Source: Candidatus Marsarchaeota archaeon (GTDB lineage Archaea; Micrarchaeota; Micrarchaeia; Micrarchaeales; CABMGC01). From it: a stretch of 43,191 nucleotides of DNA. Below, piece by piece: positions 25,648 to 34,558 of this stretch (positions are counted from its first letter, which is position 1; each line of letters starts with the position of its first letter). The translations under genes and the position numbers were made by a program. Under the pieces are notes generated by a model that had not been told where the DNA came from, ran no database searches, and saw nothing but the letters and a program-made list of their open reading frames with translations. The DNA lies in NCBI GenBank assembly GCA_023379055.1, contig JAMCSX010000017.1, positions 101,868 to 145,058 of the forward strand, given 5' to 3'.

Positions 25648-27375
25648 ATGTATAACTCGCAGGTTGCCGGGCTGTTTGACGAGATTGCAGACATGCTCTC
25701 GCTTGACGAGAGAAAGGACAGAAAATTCGAAGTGCTCGCATACAGGAAGGCAGCAATGACAATAAGTTCACTTCAGGAGGATGTTGGGGATATCTATAGG
25801 AAGAAGGGCATGTATGGGCTGATGGAACTTCCCGGAGTTGGGAAAGGCATATCCGGGGCCATAAGGGAGTTCATAGAAACCGGAAGAATGCGGAAGTACG
25901 AGGACCTCAAGAAGAGGTATCCAATAGACTTCAAAAACCTTACAAGGATACGGGGACTTGGGTCAAAGCGTGCATTCAGGCTTTACAAAGAGCTCAGGAT
26001 AAAGAGCATAGATGACCTGAAGAGGGCCCTAGCAAAACACAGGATAAAGGAGCTTCCTGGATTCGGAGCGAAGAGTGAAAGTGAGCTATCGAAAGGAATG
26101 GAGACGCTTGAGTTGAGCAGGAACCGCATGGCTCTAGGACTTGCGCTTCCAGAAGCAGAGTTGCTCGTGAACAGGCTAAAGGGATCGGGGCTTGTTGACA
26201 GGGTGGCAATAGCCGGATCAACGCGAAGGATGAAGGAGACTGTTGGAGACCTGGACATACTTGTTACATCCAGTCACAATGAAAAGGTGATGGACTTCAT
26301 CTCAAGGCTTAATGAAGTGCAGGGCGTAACATTAAAAGGGCCTACCAAAATCACAGTGCGCCTTAAGATAGGGCTAAGCTGCGACGTCAGGGTTGTTGAT
26401 GATGCAAGTTTTGGAGCTGCGCTTCAGTATTTTACTGGAAATAAGGATCACAATGTGAAAGTAAGGCAGATAGCTGTAAAGAAAGGCTACAAGTTAAATG
26501 AATATGGGCTCTTTGACAGAAAAAACAGAAATCTTGCAGGTCCTGACGAGGAGAGCGTCTACAAGAAGCTGGGAATGGATATAATGGATCCTGAGATGAG
26601 GGAAGACCGCGGCGAGGTAGAGCTCTCCCTGCAGCACAGGTTGCCAAGACTTGTAAGCCTTGGTGACATAAGAGGAGATTTGCATGTGCATACAAACCAC
26701 AGCGACGGAGCAAATACCATAATTGAGATGGCCGAGGCTGCGAAGAAGATAGGGAGAGAGTATATAGGCATAACAGACCACACAAAAAGCGAGTACGTTG
26801 CAGGTGGCATGGACGACAAGAAGTTCGTGAAGCACCTGCATGAAATAGACTACGCAAATGATAAGCTTGATGGAATAAGGATACTGAAGAGCGCAGAGAT
26901 AGACATACTAAAGGACGGAAGCCTTGACCTTCAGGATAAGACTCTTGACATGATGGACTATCGGCTTGCAAGCATCCATACCAACCTCAATATGCAAAAG
27001 GAAGAGATGACAAGGAGGGTAGTAAAAGCAATGGAGAGCGGATATGTGGACATACTTGCACACCCAACTGACCGCATAATAAACGTAAGGAATCCCATAA
27101 ACATGGACCTTGATCGTGTGTTTCAGGCAGCTGCAGACAGCAAAGTTGTTCTTGAGATAGACGGATATCCAGAAAGGCTCGACCTGAACGATGAGAACAT
27201 AATCAAGGCAAGGGGCTACAAGGCAAAGTTCTCGATAGACACAGATTCGCACAGGGACTCACACTACATGCTCATGAAATACGGAATAAGTACAGCGAAG
27301 AGGGGCTGGGTTACCCCAGACCTGGTAGTAAATGCACTTCCTCTGGATAAGCTAATGAAGCAATTCAGAAAGTAG
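25648..27375 (+). CDS. polX: Family X DNA polymerase with C-terminal PHP phosphoesterase domain
   Basis: N-terminal HhH motifs (LPGVGKGISGAI, IRGLGSKRAF), the nucleotidyltransferase core GSTRRMKETVGDLDILV, and PHP histidines (DLHVHTNHSDG ... GITDH ... ILAHP). Confidence 0.9.
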   Translation: MYNSQVAGLFDEIADMLSLDERKDRKFEVLAYRKAAMTISSLQEDVGDIYRKKGMYGLMELPGVGKGISGAIREFIETGRMRKYEDLKKRYPIDFKNLTRIRGLGSKRAFRLYKELRIKSIDDLKRALAKHRIKELPGFGAKSESELSKGMETLELSRNRMALGLALPEAELLVNRLKGSGLVDRVAIAGSTRRMKETVGDLDILVTSSHNEKVMDFISRLNEVQGVTLKGPTKITVRLKIGLSCDVRVVDDASFGAALQYFTGNKDHNVKVRQIAVKKGYKLNEYGLFDRKNRNLAGPDEESVYKKLGMDIMDPEMREDRGEVELSLQHRLPRLVSLGDIRGDLHVHTNHSDGANTIIEMAEAAKKIGREYIGITDHTKSEYVAGGMDDKKFVKHLHEIDYANDKLDGIRILKSAEIDILKDGSLDLQDKTLDMMDYRLASIHTNLNMQKEEMTRRVVKAMESGYVDILAHPTDRIINVRNPINMDLDRVFQAAADSKVVLEIDGYPERLDLNDENIIKARGYKAKFSIDTDSHRDSHYMLMKYGISTAKRGWVTPDLVVNALPLDKLMKQFRK

Positions 27376-27408
27376 GCTCAAAAATTTGAAGTAAACGCTT
27401 AAATATGC

Positions 27409-28755
27409 TTGACTCTACCCACTACTATCGGATTGATAGAATTGGAAGTTAAAGAGGTCGCAAATAGTACAGTTTCTGTGCAGCCGAATGCTGAACTTGG
27501 TACTGCTGCAAAAGCTACTGTCAGGGGTGGCGAGCCCAGTCTGCGATTTCGCAGAGCTGCAGACAGGCGCCTAATCGCAAAACTAGAAGAATTCTATAAT
27601 CAGCTCTGTGCGCCTTATGTGAATGTTGAAGAGCAGTCCAGAGCAATAGCGCTAGCTTTCATAGCAAAAGAGCATGTGCTGTTTGTAGGTGAGACTGGAG
27701 ACGCGAAGTCCTCGCTCGCGGAACGTGCTGTCAACCTGGTTGATGCAACAGTATTCAAGATTCAGCTCAACCAGTTTTCACTTCCAGAGCAGCTTCTGGG
27801 CCCTCACAATGCAAAAAAACTACTGGAAGAAGGCGTACTGGAAAGGGTGGCCGATGGAAAGATACAACTGTCTAATTTTGCGTATATAGACGAGCTTTTC
27901 AGGGCAGACGCAATACTCGACCTCCTACTTGAGATACTTAACGAAAGAAAGGCCGAAGGCGTGCCGCTTATGCTGAGGTCAGTTATAAGCGCCTCAAACT
28001 TCATATCCTATGATGATCACCATCAGGCATTGTACGACAGATATGCCCTGAGGTATTTCATACCGTGGCTTCCACTTGAGCATACGTCAAAGCTCCTTGA
28101 CGATTCATGGGACATAGAGTTTAAGGATGTGGCCAATGTGACAAAACCTGTGCTGAACCTTGAAGATCTTGACCATGCATACGAGCTGCTCAGGTCGGTT
28201 GACCGTACAGTAGTGCGCAGTTCGCTTTTAAAATTCTATTCGGACCTGGAGACAAATGACCACATACACATATCGAACAGGAGAAAGCACTTGGGAGAGA
28301 AAATTGTCGCTGCAAATGCGCTGCTCAACGGAAGGACAAAGGCAACAATGGAGGACCTTTTGGCTCTAAAATATGTAATACCGTATGACGAAAACGCCGC
28401 CATGCTTATAAAAGACAGGCTTGTGGCAATGATAACCCCGCTGAATCATATAGAGGAGCTCAAGAGGTATCTCAATAATTTAGCGGTAGCTACGGCTAGT
28501 CTCAAGGCAGACATACACAACTTAAAGAATATTGAAGACATTGAGCAGATAAGGATAACCAAGTCAAAGGCAAGTGCAATGCTCGAGGAGTATGCGGATC
28601 CAGAGCTTAAGAAGATCGCCAAAGTCACGCTTGTTGCTGCAGACAAGCTGCTTACCAAGATGGAAGAGGCAGCAAAGGTAATTGCCGCAGAAGAGAAGGC
28701 AATGGCAGAACCGCTTGTAGCTACGGTAAGAAATGCTGACCACGAGGTGTCTTAA
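27409..28755 (+). CDS. RavA-like MoxR-class AAA+ ATPase with long helical C-terminal region
   Basis: Walker A VGETGDAKSS (the GxxGxAK[ST] variant of the MoxR/RavA class) and Walker B AYIDELFRA. LNERK...ISASN and ALYDRYALRYFIPWL resemble the RavA ALYDRMLIRLWLD segment. The start is uncertain (TTG at 27409, 27433 or 27442). Confidence 0.7.
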   Translation: MTLPTTIGLIELEVKEVANSTVSVQPNAELGTAAKATVRGGEPSLRFRRAADRRLIAKLEEFYNQLCAPYVNVEEQSRAIALAFIAKEHVLFVGETGDAKSSLAERAVNLVDATVFKIQLNQFSLPEQLLGPHNAKKLLEEGVLERVADGKIQLSNFAYIDELFRADAILDLLLEILNERKAEGVPLMLRSVISASNFISYDDHHQALYDRYALRYFIPWLPLEHTSKLLDDSWDIEFKDVANVTKPVLNLEDLDHAYELLRSVDRTVVRSSLLKFYSDLETNDHIHISNRRKHLGEKIVAANALLNGRTKATMEDLLALKYVIPYDENAAMLIKDRLVAMITPLNHIEELKRYLNNLAVATASLKADIHNLKNIEDIEQIRITKSKASAMLEEYADPELKKIAKVTLVAADKLLTKMEEAAKVIAAEEKAMAEPLVATVRNADHEVS

Positions 28756-28759
28756 TCAG

Positions 28760-30208
28760 ATGCTACAGGTTCGAAGAAGGGCCGAAGACGCTGTAAAAAA
28801 GAAGATTGAGCCTGCGCTTAAGTCAGTGACTCCTGAAGATGCGATAAACCTGCACAAAACCAACGATATAAGGCATATCCTTGAACTGCTGATGGGTGAT
28901 AGCGTATCAAAAACGCTTATATCTGACATATTCAACATGCTTTTTTTGCCAGTGCCAGTGCTCAGGGATGATTATCCAGAGAAGGATAACGATCATTATC
29001 AGGCAATGCAAAATCTCCTAGCAGAGTTGAGCAAGATGCAATTAAGGGAGCAGACAGTTTCCAATATAGATAATAGCACTGTCGCAACAGTCAACATCAT
29101 AACTAACCTTATAAACAGCATGAAGCAGATGCAGGGAAATGGAGATTCAAATCAGCAGCAGGCAGCAGCAGGCGCTTCACTTCTTGACAAGTGGCTTGAC
29201 GGCAAGAATGGTAAGGCAGATCAGCTTCAGCAGATGCTATTCCAGTCGCAGGGCAATAAGAGCGATGATACGGGTAAAATAAGCCCAGGACTCCAGCAGC
29301 AGATAAATGATAAGGCAAGGCGCGCAGCACACGATGCAGAGCAATCCGAAGAGGGACTTGATGAGCTTATGGAAAGGGCGGAGAATCGAGACCAAGCACA
29401 GGGAACACTGAAGTTCGACATCCCAGATCCGCGTGCAAAGAAGCTTGCCGATAACACTGCAATAGAAAGGCTCCTCAGCATAATAAGCGGGAGCAGGGGC
29501 ATGTCCTCGTCCTCTTCTGAAAAGACGAAATATGGACGTGGCGAGTACAGCGGCTATGGGCTTGGCGGTGACTTAATGTCCATTGCGCCACCAGCGTATA
29601 TATATCCGAGGGAGTTTCTTATTGCGCTTTATGCACAGAATAAGATGCCACAATACAGGCATCAAATCAAGCAGAGAATAAAGGACAAATATGTGCTATT
29701 CGACAAATCCGCAAGCATGATTGGAAATAAACTAACCTTTGCCAAATCCCTGACACTTGCACTCTACAACGACTCGCTTAGCAAATCCTCGGACTTTACG
29801 ATCACTTATTTCGATGAAAACCCGTACGGAGCAGTAGAGGTGCTTCACAATGCAAAAAGGGACAGGAAGGAGGCAATGTCGGATCTTATTGACATGGTCC
29901 GCTCGGACGGCTGCACAGATATAAACAGTGCAATATATGCTGCATGCGCAGATATATCCGACAAGAATAAGAGCAGGAGATCAAAAGACCCAACACAGAT
30001 AATATTGATATCTGATGGCGAGTCGTGCATAAATGAATCACACATAAGGGAGAGACTTGATGATGCAAACGCCGAGCTGATAGTGGTTTATGTGAACTCT
30101 AGCGGCAAAAGCTCCTACGTTGAATCGCTTCTTAGGGTGTCCTCGCACTTCTTTGCAGTTAACACCGATAGTTCGGACGTCACTCTGAGTGAGTTCAAGA
30201 GTAACTGA
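28760..30208 (+). CDS. ViaA/CoxE-like protein with C-terminal von Willebrand factor A domain
   Basis: The MIDAS motif is YVLFDKSASM (DxSxS), followed later by GCTDI and ILISDGES. It has a Gln-rich N-terminal half. The ORF opens at 28733, overlapping the ATPase by 23 nt. The ATG at 28760 follows the ATPase stop directly. Confidence 0.7.
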   Translation: MLQVRRRAEDAVKKKIEPALKSVTPEDAINLHKTNDIRHILELLMGDSVSKTLISDIFNMLFLPVPVLRDDYPEKDNDHYQAMQNLLAELSKMQLREQTVSNIDNSTVATVNIITNLINSMKQMQGNGDSNQQQAAAGASLLDKWLDGKNGKADQLQQMLFQSQGNKSDDTGKISPGLQQQINDKARRAAHDAEQSEEGLDELMERAENRDQAQGTLKFDIPDPRAKKLADNTAIERLLSIISGSRGMSSSSSEKTKYGRGEYSGYGLGGDLMSIAPPAYIYPREFLIALYAQNKMPQYRHQIKQRIKDKYVLFDKSASMIGNKLTFAKSLTLALYNDSLSKSSDFTITYFDENPYGAVEVLHNAKRDRKEAMSDLIDMVRSDGCTDINSAIYAACADISDKNKSRRSKDPTQIILISDGESCINESHIRERLDDANAELIVVYVNSSGKSSYVESLLRVSSHFFAVNTDSSDVTLSEFKSN

Positions 30209-30215
30209 ATCGAGG

Positions 30216-31481
30216 TCAGTACCATCCGCGTGATTTCATTGCCTTTGCAACCCTGCCAACTGCCACTATATAAGCGGCGGTCCTCGGACTTATCTTCCTT
30301 CCCTCCTTAGCATACTGCTTTTGCGTCTCTATAAGATCATTGAACGAGCGCGTTATTATCGTATCAAGGCGCTTGTATACGTCATCCTGCGTCCAGTAAT
30401 ATCCATCTATGTCTTGCACCCATTCAAAATATGACACTATAACCCCGCCCGAGTTTACCAGGAAGTCTGGCATGTCCAGCACACCGCGCTCGAAGAGTAT
30501 CCTGTCTGCTTCCAGCGTAACGGGTCCGTTTGCAAGCTCAAGCACGATCTTTGCCTTTACATTTCCAGCATTCTGCCCGGTTATCTGGTTCTCAAGTGCA
30601 GCAGGTATGAGAATATCTACATCAAGCTCAATAAGCTGGTCGTTTGTTATTTTCTGCCCTTTCCCGTATCCCTGCACCGTGCCTGTGGACTTCTTTGCCT
30701 CAAGAAGCTTATTGTAGTCCAACCCGTCCGGATCATAGATTCCGCCTCTTGAATCGCTTACGGCCACTACTTTCGCGCCATGTATGCCCGTAGCTATCTC
30801 AAATGCAAACATACCAGCATTTCCGAATCCCTGTATGGCTATGCTCGACTTGCCCAGATCGATACCTGAAAGCTTTGCAGCCTCTCTGAGTACGTACATG
30901 CCTCCCATCGCAGTTGAGTCAAATCTTCCTTCGGATCCGCCAAGCCCCACAGGCTTCCCGGTTATCACGCCAAACTCGTCATATCCGACTATCCTGCTGT
31001 ATTCATCCATCATCCAGGCCATCATTTGCGGATTCGTATATACATCAGGTGCAGGTATGTCCACCCTTGGCCCTATGTTTCTTCCAAGTGCCCTTATGTA
31101 TCCTCTTGACAGATCTTCAAGCTCTGCCTCATCCATTGATTTAGGATCGCAGATTACTCCGCCCTTTGCGCCTCCAAATGGGATATTGGCAAGCGCGCAT
31201 TTCCATGTCATCCAAGCAGAAAGCGCCTTTACTGTATCCACGCTTTCCTCTGGGTGATATCTTATGCCTCCCTTCCCTGGTCCGCGCGCATCATTGTACA
31301 ATACCCTGAATCCGGTAAACATCTTGACATTTCCGTCATGCATACGTACGGGTATATTGACTGTTATTATTCTCTTCGGCTCCATCAGTATCTGGAGTGC
31401 GGCCTTATCAAGGCCCATTATCTCGGCAGCAGATGCAAGCTCAGCCTGCGCTATCTTAAAAGGGTTTAGTTCTTCTGTCAT
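30216..31481 (-). CDS. gdhA: Glutamate dehydrogenase
   Basis: KGGIRYHP, the catalytic-lysine region IPFGGAKGG and the dinucleotide fold IQGFGNAG. 421 aa. Confidence 0.92.
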   Translation of the reverse strand: MTEELNPFKIAQAELASAAEIMGLDKAALQILMEPKRIITVNIPVRMHDGNVKMFTGFRVLYNDARGPGKGGIRYHPEESVDTVKALSAWMTWKCALANIPFGGAKGGVICDPKSMDEAELEDLSRGYIRALGRNIGPRVDIPAPDVYTNPQMMAWMMDEYSRIVGYDEFGVITGKPVGLGGSEGRFDSTAMGGMYVLREAAKLSGIDLGKSSIAIQGFGNAGMFAFEIATGIHGAKVVAVSDSRGGIYDPDGLDYNKLLEAKKSTGTVQGYGKGQKITNDQLIELDVDILIPAALENQITGQNAGNVKAKIVLELANGPVTLEADRILFERGVLDMPDFLVNSGGVIVSYFEWVQDIDGYYWTQDDVYKRLDTIITRSFNDLIETQKQYAKEGRKISPRTAAYIVAVGRVAKAMKSRGWY

Positions 31482-31873
31482 AAACTCATCTTACCATCAA
31501 AGGCTATCGACGTGCAGAGTTCATTTATCATGTTGCGTACATCGCTTGCCTTGCCATTCTCTGCAGCCTTCCTTGCAATCTTATTTGCTAGCTTGTTATC
31601 CTTTATATAATCCCTCATTCTTTTCACAGTACCGGAGTACTTGCCATTTAGATACTTGCTAACTGCAACCTGCGCTATCCCCAACTTATCGGCAATCTCT
31701 TGCTGGCTCAGATTATATTCTGACTGCATCTCCTCTGCAATGCTTATCCTTACTGCAGGAAGCACCACCTTGGCTATTTTGTCGCATTCCAGTTTCGTGA
31801 CATCCTCCAACGACTGAGAGTCGTTGGCTTCCAATGGTTCTCTTCGATTGGTCATCATAACAGTCTCAGTCAT
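31478..31873 (-). CDS. Small HTH transcriptional regulator (paralogue of the suf-linked one, lacking the Cys cluster)
   Basis: LSQQEIADKLGIAQVAVSKYLNGKYSGTV aligns with LTESRIASILGVAQAAVSKYLNGSYSKSV in 6176..6514. It overlaps both neighbours by 4 nt (the gdhA start and the upstream gene's stop). Confidence 0.7.
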   Translation of the reverse strand: MTETVMMTNRREPLEANDSQSLEDVTKLECDKIAKVVLPAVRISIAEEMQSEYNLSQQEIADKLGIAQVAVSKYLNGKYSGTVKRMRDYIKDNKLANKIARKAAENGKASDVRNMINELCTSIAFDGKMSL

Positions 31874-32571
31874 CTTTTCTTTTCCTTCTTTTTATCTTTT
31901 TCCAATGCGCTGCCTTCCGCAGGTTTATCCTGTTTTTCGGTGTCTATTATCCCAAGTGAATCTTTTATCCATCCTGAAATCCCAGGCCTCTTCGGTACCT
32001 GGTCTTCAACAGGCGCTTCCATGATGCTGTGTGAGAACTTTTTAAGCTGTAAAGGCGATTTTTTCTGTTCGGGAGTTTCGGCCTGTTGAATCTGCTGTTG
32101 CACCTTTTGCTGCAGCTGCTGTACCTGCGGTTTCATCTCATCCAGTGTAATGGTTGGCAGTTTTATCTTCATGGAGCCGAATCCGCCTCCCTTCACAAAT
32201 GCAGATATCATCCGTCCCATATCTCCACCCGGACTCTTAACTATCATAACATTTGAATTCTCTTCCCTTGCGCTTTTTACGTCTGAAAGGTCGTGGCATA
32301 CCGCGGAAGTTATTCCTTCATATTTATTGAAGGTCAGATTGGCTACTATTGGATTTGTTGGCAGGGCTATTATGAACCCAAACCTCCCTGAGGATAACAA
32401 GTCACATGCCTGTTTAGCGAGTGTCTTGGAGTCACCGGCCACCTCCTTTGTCATTACGGTAATCCCTTCAAGATCAAGGGAATTCACCACCGAGTCTATG
32501 GCTCCCTCTATATTGCTTATGATGAGTATCTTTATGCCAACACCACTTACGTGTGTTATGTTTATAAACAC
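31870..32571 (-). CDS. RpiB/LacAB-fold protein lacking catalytic residues, with Gln/Lys-rich disordered tail
   Basis: KILIISNIEGAIDSVV...GRFGFIIALPTNPIVANLTFNKYEGITSAVCHDLSDVKSAREENSNVMIV aligns by eye with E. coli RpiB KIAFGCDHVG...[47 protein letters not shown]. The catalytic CGTG is replaced by LPTN. GTG 32571 is chosen as the start because the longer ORF (to 32757) runs across the eS26 gene. Confidence 0.55.
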   Translation of the reverse strand: MFINITHVSGVGIKILIISNIEGAIDSVVNSLDLEGITVMTKEVAGDSKTLAKQACDLLSSGRFGFIIALPTNPIVANLTFNKYEGITSAVCHDLSDVKSAREENSNVMIVKSPGGDMGRMISAFVKGGGFGSMKIKLPTITLDEMKPQVQQLQQKVQQQIQQAETPEQKKSPLQLKKFSHSIMEAPVEDQVPKRPGISGWIKDSLGIIDTEKQDKPAEGSALEKDKKKEKKR

Positions 32572-32593
32572 ATCATATTTATATATATTCGAG

Positions 32594-32601
32594 ATAATAT
32601 A
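32594..32601. promoter_or_regulatory. Shared AT-box (ATAATATA) between the divergent RpiB-like operon and the eS26 gene
   Basis: Its centre lies about 27 nt from GTG 32571 (minus strand) and about 27 nt from TTG 32625 (plus strand). Confidence 0.35.
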
Positions 32602-32624
32602 GTACTGACAGAAACGGTGGTTTA

Positions 32625-32867
32625 TTGAGAGGAAGCGAAACGCTAGTAAGGTGCAATAACTGCGGTAGAACGGTATCAAGGAACAAGGCCGTAGCCGACG
32701 AAAAGATGATACGCTATGGTCTGGATGCAAATAATAAGGACATACGCTTCCAGACAAGCAGGAAAGTTTATTACTGCATTAGCTGTGCGAAACATAAAGG
32801 AATATTCCTGAGAAAGGCCGAACAGGCAGCAAGGCATGCGGCAAGACAGCGTAGCGGAATGTATTGA
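32625..32867 (+). CDS. rps26e: Ribosomal protein eS26 (S26e), N-terminally short, TTG start
   Basis: LVRCNNCGRTVSRNKAV and YYCISCAKHKGI match the two conserved Cys pairs of eS26 (VRCxNCxxxVPKDKA ... YCVSCAIH). Confidence 0.75.
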   Translation: MRGSETLVRCNNCGRTVSRNKAVADEKMIRYGLDANNKDIRFQTSRKVYYCISCAKHKGIFLRKAEQAARHAARQRSGMY

Positions 32868-32909
32868 TCTTTAATAAAGGTGTGATTGTTGGGTTCTGAA
32901 GGGTCTGAC

Positions 32910-33683
32910 ATGCTTATATTCAGCGAGAGGGGGTACGAATCACCTAGATCAAAGGCTGTCAAAAACCCCAAGATGCAGAGGCCAGATCCCAGGGCGGAGA
33001 TGCAGAATGAGGCCCGAAGCCCCGCATCTGCAAATACTGCCCCACAGCCAGATATCAAGAAACTTTATTGCACTAATCATCCGTGGAGACAGGCCTACGC
33101 AATCTGCGACAAATGCGGACTTCCGTATTGCTACGTTGACATGATAGGTTATAATAACAAGATGTACTGCCTGCAGGACATAGACTTTGCAACCAAACAA
33201 CATGGGCTGGAGCACGAAGAGACAAGGATAAACAGCTTCGCTGTACTTGCATCTATGCTGTTCCTTGTGAATTCCATGCTGCTTCTCTATTTTACATATC
33301 CCCAGGCAATATTCCTTCTCTCAAACGCGGCAAATAAGGGCATCACAGGGGCAATATCATTCTTCTTGAACTTTAATCCCCAGTACTTTGCGCCCTTTGC
33401 GAATACACTTATAATAATATTTGGATTCATATCCGCAATTACAATACTCAGGAAATCAGTAGTGTCATTCGGCGTCAGTTTCTTCATTGCGTTCATATCT
33501 TTGTTTATAGTCTCATACGAGTATCTGAATAGTAGTGTAACTTACCTTCTGTTATCGAGCTTGGTGCTTCTAATTGCAATATCCCTGACAATGTACAGCA
33601 GAATGAGCGCTATCGGACAGCACTCCGAAGAGAACTACAATGTGCTTCCTTCGGTGGAATGGCCAAAGCCGGAATCGTTCTAG
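32910..33683 (+). CDS. Membrane protein with N-terminal B-box-like zinc finger and 4 TM helices
   Basis: The Cys/His pattern is CTNHPWRQAYAICDKCGLPYCYVDMIGYNNKMYCLQDI. It is followed by four hydrophobic segments. Confidence 0.5.
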   Translation: MLIFSERGYESPRSKAVKNPKMQRPDPRAEMQNEARSPASANTAPQPDIKKLYCTNHPWRQAYAICDKCGLPYCYVDMIGYNNKMYCLQDIDFATKQHGLEHEETRINSFAVLASMLFLVNSMLLLYFTYPQAIFLLSNAANKGITGAISFFLNFNPQYFAPFANTLIIIFGFISAITILRKSVVSFGVSFFIAFISLFIVSYEYLNSSVTYLLLSSLVLLIAISLTMYSRMSAIGQHSEENYNVLPSVEWPKPESF

Positions 33684-33806
33684 GATCCCAGGCAGACCTA
33701 TGACTACTGCAAGATCTATCTAGTGGCACCATGATCCCTGCATGTTTCTAGTCATGGTCGCTCAGCAGAAAGGATAACATGTTCTCTCCTGAATTACATC
33801 TGCATC

Positions 33807-34490
33807 TTACTTCGTGCGTGATGATGACGAGATCAACATAAGCGAATCCCCTATGGCATTTATGAATGATATCTCGCTATCTCCCCCTCCAGTGTGGTCT
33901 GACCATAAGCTTAGGAAGCTGTTGTTGACATAATTGGCATTTATCCTGTAGAAACATACGGTATTTGCAGGACCTGCTTCCTCCCCGATTATTGTCCTGC
34001 CACTATTGCCATTGCCGTTCTCCAAAGCACTCTGAAGAAACTGCGCAAGATCGCCATGCTCCGCGGAGAACCGTATTATCTCGCTAAGCTGGTCCCCAGA
34101 CATATGGATTGAATAGCTGTAATTTCCGCCAGAATAATATCCTGTTCTTTTGCCGTCAACTGTTATTTTCGGATTCCCGACTCCTTCATCAAGTTTGAAG
34201 CTTGGCACATATTCTGCGCCATTCAGCACCTTTATGGATCCCATTGCAATCTCAAATGAGAGTGCATGGTCATCTGACCTGACTGCACTTCTAAGGGCTT
34301 TTTCGAGTATGCGTAGTTCGCTGTCTGTTCTGTCCTTAAGTCCTACTGCCCGATGGACATACTTTCTTGCCGAGTCCCTGAAAAGGTTGCGCGCAGCAAC
34401 AATGTTCCCATTTCTAAGCCTGTCCTCACCAGCTGTTGCAGAAAGAAGTCCAAGGGCATACAATGTCTCTCCTTTGTTCATAAAAAACAC
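33807..34490 (-). CDS. Hypothetical protein (227 aa), no recognisable motif
   Basis: A long ORF with ordinary composition lying between two well-supported genes. Function is unknown. Confidence 0.4.
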   Translation of the reverse strand: MFFMNKGETLYALGLLSATAGEDRLRNGNIVAARNLFRDSARKYVHRAVGLKDRTDSELRILEKALRSAVRSDDHALSFEIAMGSIKVLNGAEYVPSFKLDEGVGNPKITVDGKRTGYYSGGNYSYSIHMSGDQLSEIIRFSAEHGDLAQFLQSALENGNGNSGRTIIGEEAGPANTVCFYRINANYVNNSFLSLWSDHTGGGDSEISFINAIGDSLMLISSSSRTK

Positions 34491-34558
34491 AAACCATTCC
34501 TATTGCTAAACTGTTTGCAATCTGGAATTATAAAGCTTACCTGCAAGATAAGCAGAAC

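Noticed and set aside
26432-26971. 179-aa minus-strand ORF inside polX (also 26494..26841 and 26908..27252)
   Set aside because: It is antisense to a well-supported PolX-PHP frame and has a Cys/Leu/Ser/Arg-rich composition atypical of the real proteins here.
32572-32757. N-terminal 62 codons of ORF 31870..32757
   Set aside because: This part has no similarity to the RpiB fold and overlaps the promoter and 5' end of the eS26 gene on the other strand. The internal GTG at 32571 with a correctly spaced AT-box was preferred.
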